From an archaeon (lineage in GTDB: Archaea > Iainarchaeota > Iainarchaeia > Iainarchaeales > JANQMZ01), in the NCBI GenBank assembly GCA_028279805.1, contig JANQMZ010000007.1:450001-482000 (forward strand): a DNA stretch of 32,000 nt, in the 5' to 3' direction. The position numbers were made by a program, and so were the translations under genes. A model generated the notes under the pieces. The model was not told where the DNA came from. It made no database searches and worked only from the letters and a program-made list of their open reading frames with translations. Shown here piece after piece: positions 1-7,305 of this stretch. Position 1 is the stretch's first letter, and each line of letters opens with the position of its first letter.

Positions 1-282
1 CAAATAAGGCAGGGTTCTGATGCAATTAATGCAACTGTATGTCCAGAAATCAACCAGTACAACTTTTCCTTTCAAATCTGCAATTTTAATGTCAGGTTCA
101 GTGTTAATATAATTGTGAATTTTTTGTAATTCAGGAGCTTTTTGCAAACCGTTTTTTGTTTCAATAGGCGTAATCTCATTAATATTAAAATTTTTTGTTG
201 ATTGCAATGCGAATATTGCTAAAATTATTATTAACAATATTCCTCCTACCAAAAAAGGATTGTTTGGCTTTAAAATTTTCAT
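1..282 (-). CDS. TlpA/ResA/DipZ-C-like thioredoxin-fold redoxin with N-terminal membrane anchor (5' part only; gene runs off the window start)
   Basis: Not in the ORF track because it is truncated by the window edge. The reverse-strand ATG is at 282-280, 2 nt after the ccdA stop. Translation MKILKPNNPFLVGGILLIIILAIFALQS...KIADLKGKVVLVDFWTYSCINCIRTLPYL shows one TM helix followed by the redoxin signature DFW-x3-CxxC. Confidence 0.75.
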   Translation of the reverse strand, partial: MKILKPNNPFLVGGILLIIILAIFALQSTKNFNINEITPIETKNGLQKAPELQKIHNYINTEPDIKIADLKGKVVLVDFWTYSCINCIRTLPYL

Positions 283-284
283 AA

Positions 285-1001
285 TTATCCCAACAACATT
301 TGGTTAACAAAACCTAAATTGGCAACCAAAACCAATGTGTTTGTAAAAACCAAAATTCCCAGAATTATTAAAATTATTCCGAACACGATGTTAAACCATT
401 TCAAATGTTTTGAAAATTTTTGAATAAAGCCTGATGCTTTTGAAGTGAATGCTCCTACCAAAAGAAACGGAATTCCCAGACCCAAAGAATAGGACAGCAT
501 TAAAGGGAATGCTGCTTCAGGCTGGGTTGCCGCTAAAGTTAAAACTGCTCCTAAAACCGGCCCTACACAGGGAGTCCAGCCCACCGCAAACGCCGCACCG
601 AATAAAAAGGAACTTAGGTACTGGAAGCGTGTTTTTTTAACTGTTAATTTTTTGTCGCCTTGCAGTTGCGGAATTTTAATTACTCCTAATAAAAATAAGC
701 CGAATAATATGATGATTATTCCGCCAATCTGGCTTAAAGTGTTTCTTAAATCAAAAGCAATGCTTGACAAAACGCTTTGCAGTAAAACTCCTAAAATTGA
801 AAAAACCAATGAAAAGCCTAAAACAAAAAACACTGAACTTAAAAAAATTGTAATTCTTACACGGGGAGCGTTTTCCTGCAATTCTTTTGTTGTTGTTCCG
901 GCTAAAAAAGTTAAATATGCGGGAATTAATGGAAGAATGCAGGGACTTAAAAAAGATGCGATTCCTGCAAAAAATGCAATTATAATTGTAAACTCAGTCA
1001 A
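285..1001 (-). CDS. ccdA: Cytochrome c biogenesis/thiol-disulfide transporter CcdA (DsbD-family membrane core)
   Basis: 238-aa polytopic membrane protein. It carries the two CcdA/DsbD signature cysteines in Pro-rich TM contexts (FLSPCILPLIPAYL and GWTPCVGPVLGAVL). Confidence 0.85.
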   Translation of the reverse strand: MTEFTIIIAFFAGIASFLSPCILPLIPAYLTFLAGTTTKELQENAPRVRITIFLSSVFFVLGFSLVFSILGVLLQSVLSSIAFDLRNTLSQIGGIIIILFGLFLLGVIKIPQLQGDKKLTVKKTRFQYLSSFLFGAAFAVGWTPCVGPVLGAVLTLAATQPEAAFPLMLSYSLGLGIPFLLVGAFTSKASGFIQKFSKHLKWFNIVFGIILIILGILVFTNTLVLVANLGFVNQMLLG

Positions 1002-1003
1002 TT

Positions 1004-1510
1004 TTATTCACCCAATTCGTCCCTTGCAAAACTAATTTTATCCAGGATAACAGCTTTATTCCACTGGCCGATTCCTCTGACCAGAACATTTTCTTCCGAA
1101 TCAATAATAATGTGAGTGTGTTGTAATGAAACTCCAAATTTTCTTGCCAAATCTTCTTCATCTGCATCGGTTCTGGCATCCTTATAATTAACTTCTATTC
1201 CTGCAACATCTGTCGGAATTTCCTTAAAAGTTTCAACCAAAACAGGTTTTTGAACAACGCATGTAGGACACCAGTCTGCATGGAATTCTAAAAAAATAAT
1301 TTTATTATTCTGCAAAGCTTGTTGATAAGTTGTTTTAGAAAATTCTTTGTATTGGTTTCCGGTTAAATTTAAATTTTCATTTTCTTTTTCATTGGAATTT
1401 GATGACGGATTTGAATTTGAATTGTTTTGTGAAAAATCTGTTTCACTGACTGCCTGCGTGCAGCCGAACACAAAAATTATTGAAAGCAAAAGTATTGGCA
1501 ATGTTTTCAT
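1004..1510 (-). CDS. Secreted thioredoxin-like lipoprotein (WCPTC active site)
   Basis: Signal peptide with a lipobox-like LSIIFVFGC, then a low-complexity N/S linker and a thioredoxin fold with FHADWCPTC. Its start lies 2 nt from the upstream gene's stop and its stop lies 2 nt from the ccdA start. Confidence 0.8.
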   Translation of the reverse strand: MKTLPILLLSIIFVFGCTQAVSETDFSQNNSNSNPSSNSNEKENENLNLTGNQYKEFSKTTYQQALQNNKIIFLEFHADWCPTCVVQKPVLVETFKEIPTDVAGIEVNYKDARTDADEEDLARKFGVSLQHTHIIIDSEENVLVRGIGQWNKAVILDKISFARDELGE

Positions 1511-1511
1511 T

Positions 1512-1790
1512 TTATTCTCTCCATGTTACCCAGGCTAATGCAAGCAAGCCGGCTGTCTGTGCTCCGCTTACTAAAATTGCGTGCTGCATTGCTTCGGCTG
1601 TATAAAAATCAAGTTGTACAAAATGAAAATATGCTGCAAAAATGTTTTGCAATAATAACAAAAATGCAAAAACAATTAAACCTGAACAAAAAGTGCTTTT
1701 CATTTGCCTGTAATTCTGAATATAAACACTTAATAGGAATAACAACAATGCTACATTGATTAATTCCAATATTACCGGAAATTCCATCAT
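1512..1790 (-). CDS. Small integral membrane protein (about 3 TM helices), unknown function
   Basis: 92-aa hydrophobic ORF placed between the ArsR-like gene and the thioredoxin gene with tight spacing. I recognise no motif. Confidence 0.55.
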   Translation of the reverse strand: MMEFPVILELINVALLLFLLSVYIQNYRQMKSTFCSGLIVFAFLLLLQNIFAAYFHFVQLDFYTAEAMQHAILVSGAQTAGLLALAWVTWRE

Positions 1791-1810
1791 ATACCTCCTT
1801 TTTTAGTTTT

Positions 1811-2110
1811 TTAAAGCTTTTTCCCAATTTTTGACCATATTTCCTCAAAAGCTTTTTTTTCTTCATCCGTAAAAGCCGGAAAAAACAATTCACCATATTT
1901 GTCCATGCTGCTTGTAATCCAGTTGTTTTTTTTCAAAACATCAACATGGTGTAAAATTGTTTTATAGTCAACACCTGCTTTTTTAGCCAGCTGGTTTTTG
2001 TTTAAAGGCCTGTCCATTAAACAATGCATTATTTTGGCACGCATTGGCCCGCCCCGGCTGGCGCCAAGCAAATACCAAACATTTTTTTTAAAAAGCCTTA
2101 AAGGATCCAT
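1811..2110 (-). CDS. ArsR-family winged-helix transcriptional regulator
   Basis: 99 aa. LLGASRGGPMRAKIMHCLMDRPLNKNQLAKKAGVDYKTILHHVDVLKKNNWI matches the ArsR/SmtB-type HTH layout. It is the first gene of the minus-strand redox operon. Confidence 0.7.
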   Translation of the reverse strand: MDPLRLFKKNVWYLLGASRGGPMRAKIMHCLMDRPLNKNQLAKKAGVDYKTILHHVDVLKKNNWITSSMDKYGELFFPAFTDEEKKAFEEIWSKIGKKL

Positions 2111-2237
2111 CTTTAAACCAATAGAACAGCTAAAATTAAAAAAGAATAGAACAAAAAATACGAAGCAAAATACTGCAATTGTCGAAAAAAGGCAATCTTT
2201 TTATTCTCTGAATCATTGATTATTAAGGTGGAGAAAA

Positions 2238-2369
2238 ATGCTGTTAAGAGAATCTGCAACATGCCCGGAATGCGCAAAAAGGGCTGAAGTGATTGTGACA
2301 GAGGAAGGTTTAATCTTAAACCATTTACAGCACAATGAAACTTGTTCAAAATTTATTGAACAAGAATAA
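2238..2369 (+). CDS. Putative 43-aa zinc-ribbon-like small protein (below the ORF-track length cutoff)
   Basis: ATG at 2238 is preceded by a strong SD (AAGGTGGA, 2225-2232). Translation: MLLRESATCPECAKRAEVIVTEEGLILNHLQHNETCSKFIEQE, with CPEC plus a distal H-x2-H-x3-C. It competes with the antisense 78-aa ORF 2113..2349, so it is uncertain. Confidence 0.4.
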   Translation: MLLRESATCPECAKRAEVIVTEEGLILNHLQHNETCSKFIEQE

Positions 2370-2456
2370 TGCTGTAAAAAAAATCCTTGTTTGAAAAAAC
2401 AAGCATCAGCATTGCCTTACAAATGATTTTAAGCTTTTTCTAATCTGATTTGTTAA

Positions 2457-3011
2457 ATGGTTTTAACATTTTCAAGCTATAAAGTTTTACAAAAAAATTC
2501 TTCCGCTCCCGACTTTACTTTGCCGGGTGCTGACGGAAAAAATTATTCTCTGGAAGATTTAAAAGGAAAAAAAGGTTTGCTCATAATTTTCATGTGCAAT
2601 CACTGCCCTTATGTTCAGCCTAAAATGAAATATTTTTCAGAATTAAGAAAAAATTATCCTGAATTGCAAATAGTTGGAATTAGTGCAAACGATGTTGAAC
2701 AATATCCTGAAGATAGTTTTGAAAAAATGAAAGAATATTCTCAAAAATATGATTTTGGTTTTCCTTACTTGTTTGATGAATCACAGGAAACAGCAAAAAA
2801 TTACGGGGCTGTTTGTACTCCGGATCCTTTTTTGTTTAACGAAAATTTAGAATTGGTTTATCATGGCAGGTTTGATGATTCTCCGCAGGGTTCACATGAA
2901 GAAGCTAATACAAGTGAAATGGAAGATGCAATAAAACAATTATTGGCAGGGGAAGAAATTACGGTTGAAACAAAACCATCACAGGGATGCAATATTAAAT
3001 GGAGTGAATGA
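2457..3011 (+). CDS. Thioredoxin-fold protein, AhpC/TSA 'PRX-like' family with CxxC
   Basis: 184 aa. APDFTLPGADGKNYSLEDLKGKKGLLIIFMCNHCPYV is the typical redoxin N-terminus with a CNHCPYV active-site motif. Confidence 0.8.
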   Translation: MVLTFSSYKVLQKNSSAPDFTLPGADGKNYSLEDLKGKKGLLIIFMCNHCPYVQPKMKYFSELRKNYPELQIVGISANDVEQYPEDSFEKMKEYSQKYDFGFPYLFDESQETAKNYGAVCTPDPFLFNENLELVYHGRFDDSPQGSHEEANTSEMEDAIKQLLAGEEITVETKPSQGCNIKWSE

Positions 3012-3012
3012 A

Positions 3013-3285
3013 ATGAAAAAAAGTACAGGGCAGGAGAATGTGTCAGTTGTTCCTGTTACCCGCCGTATAAACGCAAAAGCGTTTGAATTGCTTGAACAGC
3101 ATCCGGAGGGTTTAAGCTGGACGGAATTGCGTTCAAAAATTGAAGAATCAGATAGTAATTTTCATCCGAAAACGGTTAACGGGTGTGTCTGGAAACTTGT
3201 TGAAAAATTTCCTGACGAAATTTACAAACCGTCAAAAGGAATTTTTCGTTTGGTAAAATTTGAAGATAAAATTAAAGTGAGGTGA
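3013..3285 (+). CDS. Hypothetical protein, possible winged-helix domain
   Basis: I prefer ATG 3013 (SD GGAGTGA at 3001-3007, 1 nt after the upstream stop) over the track's 2965 start. The segment LLEQHPEGLSWTELRSKIE...GIFRLV resembles a wHTH, but the assignment is weak. Confidence 0.5.
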   Translation: MKKSTGQENVSVVPVTRRINAKAFELLEQHPEGLSWTELRSKIEESDSNFHPKTVNGCVWKLVEKFPDEIYKPSKGIFRLVKFEDKIKVR

Positions 3286-3289
3286 AAAA

Positions 3290-3694
3290 ATGAGAAAATT
3301 TTTGTTAGCAGGACTGTTGGGCGGACTGGCAATTTTTATTGTTTCAATGGCATTGTCATTTGTTGTCCAGGCAATTGCACCATATGATATTTTCAGCTTG
3401 GCTGGAATGCGTTCAATTGATGATCCTTTAATGATGTTTTTCTTTTTGGTTGGCTGGGTTTATGCTTTTCCAATGGCATACGCTTATTCACACTTTAAAG
3501 GAAGCATGCAGGGAACATTTGTTCAGAAAGGAATCAGATTTGGTTTTCTTGTATGGTTATTGACTGCTGTTCCGACAACTTTCATTATTTTTACAACAAT
3601 GACTTATCCGTTAGGTTTTCATTTGGACAGCATTGTTGGCGGACTAATCTGGTTAATGGCTGGATCAATAGTTATTGCAAAATTCATGGATTGA
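3290..3694 (+). CDS. Integral membrane protein (about 4 TM helices), unknown function
   Basis: 134-aa hydrophobic ORF. SD GTGAGGTGA lies just upstream and the start is 4 nt after the previous stop. Confidence 0.6.
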   Translation: MRKFLLAGLLGGLAIFIVSMALSFVVQAIAPYDIFSLAGMRSIDDPLMMFFFLVGWVYAFPMAYAYSHFKGSMQGTFVQKGIRFGFLVWLLTAVPTTFIIFTTMTYPLGFHLDSIVGGLIWLMAGSIVIAKFMD

Positions 3695-3699
3695 AAAGC

Positions 3700-3903
3700 T
3701 TAAGGCTTTTCAATTTCTTTTCTTTCATGAGTTTTTCCTTCATACATGTATAATTTGTCTGTTTCTTCAGTTTTTGTTTTTTGATGAGAACCATCACAAA
3801 ATGGTTGGTTTGCACTTAAACCACACATGCAATTCCATTTTCCGACATCTTCTTGTGTTATTTCTCTCGGACCATGAGCAACTCTTTCAACTAATCTTGG
3901 CAT
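3700..3903 (-). CDS. CDGSH-type iron-sulfur domain protein
   Basis: CMCGLSANQPFCDGSH matches the CDGSH signature C-x-C-x2-S-x3-P-x-C-D-G-S-H exactly. Confidence 0.85.
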   Translation of the reverse strand: MPRLVERVAHGPREITQEDVGKWNCMCGLSANQPFCDGSHQKTKTEETDKLYMYEGKTHERKEIEKP

Positions 3904-3965
3904 AATTATAACCTCCTTTTAAAATAAGAGTAATTGTTTGTTAAAAAGAGTTTTGCCAGATTTGT

Positions 3966-4943
3966 TTAAAGGGGAATAAAAGTCAGTTTTAAGTTTCCCT
4001 TAAATAATTCATTTGCATAACTTACTCCCATTTGAATTTTTTGATGCATTGTCAAATTTTCAGATTCCTTGGTTCTTAGAAATGCTTCTGAACCAAAATC
4101 AATATAGGGATTAATAAAAATAGGATTAACAATTTCTTCAAGTTCGGCGCCTGCCAAAAACTCGTATTTTATTACACCATGTTTTCCAACAACTCCAAAA
4201 GTATTCATTCCGTAGTCTCTAAAAAAGTGAAAACTAGTTCTAATATCATTTTCACTTGGAAACATTCCTCCAAAAGAATACAAAAATCCAATAAATTCTT
4301 CCCCGTAAGCTCTTGTTAATTCGATTTGTTTTTGTGCTTCTTTTATCCGTTTATTTAGAATGCGTTTTTTCCTTTCATTTTTTTCAACAGATAATTGTTT
4401 TTCCCTTCTTTGAATTTGTTGACGACGCAGTCTTATAAAACTTCCAGGTTTTTCATGAGAATATTCAAAATGTGTATGATAAAGACCAAGAAACCTGGGT
4501 TCTTTTACAATTATTTCAGACAAAATACCTATTCGATAATAATCCAAACCAACTCCAATTGCCCCCTGTTTATTCTTACCAACTTCATACCATTTCCCCT
4601 GATTTAAGTCGACAAACCACGCTTCTTCAACAAGATAAGGAAATTTTGGCAATTGTTCCCAGATTAATCTTTCACCGTCAGCAAGATTTGCTTTAAACAT
4701 ACGCATTCTTTCATCAGCAATATTAGGATTGAACTCTGGACCTGGTCTCTCTAAAAAGTGACTTTCTGAAAAATGTGAAATCATTTCTTGCTCCCTGAAA
4801 TGATGACTTGCTTTTCCGGTATAATAGCCCCCAAATATTCCTGCTAGTATGGAGCCAATCGCGATAGCCGTTCTTTTAGCATCTGATGAAACATTTGGTT
4901 GACTTTTTGGTTTTGCTCTTCTTTGGGCAGGTTTTTTTTCCAT
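3966..4943 (-). CDS. Membrane-anchored protein, paralog A; possible JAMM/MPN-like metalloprotease with a split motif
   Basis: 325 aa. It has a basic N-terminus plus one TM helix (TAIAIGSILAGIFGGYY). Conserved blocks are GERLIWEQL..VEEAWF..GKWYEVG, GLYHTHFE, a charged helical insert, PSENDI, and the C-terminal KLTFIPL. It aligns along its full length with 5362..6324. Confidence 0.6.
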   Translation of the reverse strand: MEKKPAQRRAKPKSQPNVSSDAKRTAIAIGSILAGIFGGYYTGKASHHFREQEMISHFSESHFLERPGPEFNPNIADERMRMFKANLADGERLIWEQLPKFPYLVEEAWFVDLNQGKWYEVGKNKQGAIGVGLDYYRIGILSEIIVKEPRFLGLYHTHFEYSHEKPGSFIRLRRQQIQRREKQLSVEKNERKKRILNKRIKEAQKQIELTRAYGEEFIGFLYSFGGMFPSENDIRTSFHFFRDYGMNTFGVVGKHGVIKYEFLAGAELEEIVNPIFINPYIDFGSEAFLRTKESENLTMHQKIQMGVSYANELFKGNLKLTFIPL

Positions 4944-4973
4944 AAAAAAAGAATTGTTTCAGAATATTTAATG
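4944..4973 (-). promoter_or_regulatory. Promoter of paralog A (TATA-like TTAAATATT about 24 nt upstream of the ATG; likely leaderless mRNA)
   Basis: Read on the minus strand: CATTAAATATTCTGAAACAATTCTTTTTTT-ATG. It is near-identical to the region upstream of paralog B. Confidence 0.5.
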
Positions 4974-5023
4974 TTTGTTATCAAAAGCAAAACTTTAATA
5001 TAAACAAAATAAGTAAGTGTTTG

Positions 5024-5350
5024 ATGCAATTAAGCCAAAAAAAATGTGTTGCCTGCGAGGGAGGAATTCCTCCAATGGAAAAAGAAAAAGCGGAAGACTT
5101 TTTGAAACAAGTTCAGGAATGGAGTTTGGCTGAAAATAATAAAAAAATCAGCAAAAATTTTGAATTTAGAAATTTTGAAGAAGCAATGGTTTTCATTAAC
5201 CTTGTTGCGGCTTTAGCAGAAGAGGAACAGCATCATCCGGACATATTTGTTTCATACAATAAAGTAAGAATTGATATCTGGACACATAAAATCAATGGCT
5301 TGCATGAAAATGATTTTATTTTAGCTGCAAAAATTGACGAATTACAATAA
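5024..5350 (+). CDS. Pterin-4-alpha-carbinolamine dehydratase (PCD/DCoH family)
   Basis: 108 aa from ATG 5024. It has C-x2-C near the N-terminus, F.NF.EAM.F.N.VA..AE...HHPD and a W.TH motif typical of PCD. A TATA-like CTTTAATATAAAC sits about 25 nt upstream, suggesting a leaderless mRNA. Confidence 0.85.
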   Translation: MQLSQKKCVACEGGIPPMEKEKAEDFLKQVQEWSLAENNKKISKNFEFRNFEEAMVFINLVAALAEEEQHHPDIFVSYNKVRIDIWTHKINGLHENDFILAAKIDELQ

Positions 5351-5361
5351 TGATTTAATTT

Positions 5362-6324
5362 TTATTTAAGCGGTATGAAAGTTAGCTTTATTTTTCCTTT
5401 TAATAATTTGTTAAAATACTTTATCGCGGCTGAGATTCTCTGACGGGGTGTTGCGTTTTGAATATGCGCAGATTGAAGAAATGATTCAGGGATTGAATTA
5501 AGATGAACAGTATCAACATATTCTTCTTTTGTAATTCCCTCTAAAACTTCAATTCTTGTAACACCATACTCGTTTATATTTCCAAAATGAGCGATTCCAA
5601 ATCTTTCATGAAACTCACCTGCGCTTACAATATCATTAGGGCTTGGGATTGCCACGGAGATAAAGCCAAAAAATTCAGCAAAAGATTCGCCATATGTTTT
5701 AGTTAATCTGAGCATTTCTTTTACCTCTTCCATTCTACGAATTAGTCCTTGCCTTTCAGTTTGACTAGTTACACTGGACAAATCAGTTTCATGTTTTCTA
5801 AAAATTTCATTAAGTTCTTTAGCCAGTTCACGCACAGTAGATGGTTCCTCAAAGCCTTTTGGATGTATATGATAAAGTCTTGCTTCATGTGATTCTTCCA
5901 ATATTAGCGAAGTTAATATGCTCATGTGAAGACTGGAATAATGAATGCGTCCTTTTTCTTCAGGCTCATTGTGACCCACCTCAAACCATTTTCCGGTTGC
6001 TGAGTCGAAAAACCATGCTTCTTCAACACCAAAAGGCATGTTTGACAATTCCTTCCAGATTAACCTTTCGCCTTTCAGAAGATCCGCATGAAAAATATGC
6101 CCGGTTGTATTATCAAAATTAACTCTGGGTCGTTCTTCAATAAAATATTCTCTTCCTCCAATATAATTGGAATGTTGAATCGAGGACTCAGATTTTATAA
6201 AAGGCCTTATTGAAAAAAAACCAGCAAGCAAGCCACCAACAACAATTGCTGTTTTTTTAACATTTTTTGAAAAATTTAATTGCCTTTTTGGTCTTATTCT
6301 TCTTCCGGTAGATTTTCTTGTCAT
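5362..6324 (-). CDS. Membrane-anchored protein, paralog B; possible JAMM/MPN-like metalloprotease with a split motif
   Basis: 320 aa with the same architecture as 3966..4943: basic N-terminus plus TM (TAIVVGGLLAGFF), GERLIWKEL..VEEAWF..GKWFEVG, RLYHIHPKG, a charged insert, PSPNDI, and C-terminal KLTFIPLK. Confidence 0.6.
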   Translation of the reverse strand: MTRKSTGRRIRPKRQLNFSKNVKKTAIVVGGLLAGFFSIRPFIKSESSIQHSNYIGGREYFIEERPRVNFDNTTGHIFHADLLKGERLIWKELSNMPFGVEEAWFFDSATGKWFEVGHNEPEEKGRIHYSSLHMSILTSLILEESHEARLYHIHPKGFEEPSTVRELAKELNEIFRKHETDLSSVTSQTERQGLIRRMEEVKEMLRLTKTYGESFAEFFGFISVAIPSPNDIVSAGEFHERFGIAHFGNINEYGVTRIEVLEGITKEEYVDTVHLNSIPESFLQSAHIQNATPRQRISAAIKYFNKLLKGKIKLTFIPLK

Positions 6325-6355
6325 AAAAAAAAGAATTATTTCAAAATATTTAAGG
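6325..6355 (-). promoter_or_regulatory. Promoter of paralog B (TATA-like TTAAATATT about 25 nt upstream of the ATG)
   Basis: Read on the minus strand: CCTTAAATATTTTGAAATAATTCTTTTTTTT-ATG. It differs from 4944-4973 by only 3 substitutions and a 1-nt A-run length change. Confidence 0.5.
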
Positions 6356-6372
6356 ATTATGATTTATTGTAA

Positions 6373-7305
6373 TTATAATAATGTTTTGACTTTTTCAGCC
6401 AAATGTTTTGCAGTGAAACCATATTTTTCAAACAATTCATCAGGTTTTCCGGATTCAGCAAAAGAATTATTCATGCCAATTCTTGCAAAATTAACATTTA
6501 AATTTTTTTCAGCTAAAACCTCAGCAACAGCAGAGCCAAGGCCTCCATTAATCTGATGGTCTTCAGCTGTCAAAATTGCTTTTGTTTCCTTTGAAGCATT
6601 AACAACTGTTTTTTTATCCAGAGGTTTGATTGTGTGCATGTTTATTACACGCAGGGAAATGTTTTCTTTTTTTAATAATTCGGCTGCTTCTAAAGCAATT
6701 GAAACCATTACGCCACAGGCAATAATTGTTGCATCATTGCCATTTTTTAACACATTGGCTTTTCCGAATTCAAATTTATAATTGTCAGAATGCAGAACAG
6801 GAACCTTGTTTCTGCCTGTTCTCAGATAACAAGGCTTGTCAAAATCCAGTAAAAATTCTGTTGCTTTTTCAGCTTCAACTGAATCACTTGCAACAATAAC
6901 ATTCATGTTTGGCAATGCCCTCATAATTGAAATGTCTTCAGTCATTTGTGCTGAAGGGCCGTCTTCACCAACATGAACACCTGAATGAGAGCCAACCAGT
7001 TTAACAGGAACATTTCCATAACAAATGCTTTGGCGAATTGGTTCAAATGCCCGTGATAAAAAAATTGCAAAAGTTGAAGCAAAAACTTTTTTTCCTGTTA
7101 AAGCTAAACCGACCGCTTCTCCTATCATTGCCTGTTCTGAAATGCCTGAATAAAAATGCCTTTCAGGGTCAACTTCTTTTGCCTTAATTGATTTGGTGCT
7201 CATAGCCAGGTCAGCATCCAAAAAAACAACATTTGGGTCTTTTTTTGCAATATTTATTACGCCTCTGCCATAACCTTCCCTGATTGCTTCCATTTTTGTT
7301 TCCAT
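6373..7305 (-). CDS. Transketolase, C-terminal (pyrimidine-binding) subunit
   Basis: 310 aa with transketolase Pyr and C-terminal domain motifs (ISEQAMIGEAVGLA, GSHSGVHVGEDGPSAQ, EDHQINGGLGS). It abuts the N-terminal subunit gene. Confidence 0.9.
   Translation of the reverse strand: METKMEAIREGYGRGVINIAKKDPNVVFLDADLAMSTKSIKAKEVDPERHFYSGISEQAMIGEAVGLALTGKKVFASTFAIFLSRAFEPIRQSICYGNVPVKLVGSHSGVHVGEDGPSAQMTEDISIMRALPNMNVIVASDSVEAEKATEFLLDFDKPCYLRTGRNKVPVLHSDNYKFEFGKANVLKNGNDATIIACGVMVSIALEAAELLKKENISLRVINMHTIKPLDKKTVVNASKETKAILTAEDHQINGGLGSAVAEVLAEKNLNVNFARIGMNNSFAESGKPDELFEKYGFTAKHLAEKVKTLL

Noticed and set aside
652-1035. 127-aa plus-strand ORF (and 449..640) overlapping ccdA
   Set aside because: It is antisense to a gene with clear CcdA motifs. 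The composition is the K/N/I-rich mirror of a hydrophobic membrane protein, with no motif and no SD.
2113-2349. 78-aa minus-strand ORF ending 2 nt before the ArsR start
   Set aside because: The tight spacing is suggestive. However, the sequence is low-complexity L/F/S-rich and looks like antisense or intergenic A-rich DNA. The opposite strand carries a short ORF with a strong SD and a Cys/His pattern. I keep this call open rather than firmly rejected.
2965-3012. Upstream start extensions offered by the ORF track (2965 here; also 8200, 9004, 12258, 26148, 26992 and 30768 for other genes)
   Set aside because: In each case a downstream ATG has a better SD or spacing, avoids overlap with the preceding gene, or reproduces the conserved family N-terminus (for example uL3 MGKTHKPRAGS and RtcB starting just after the archease stop).
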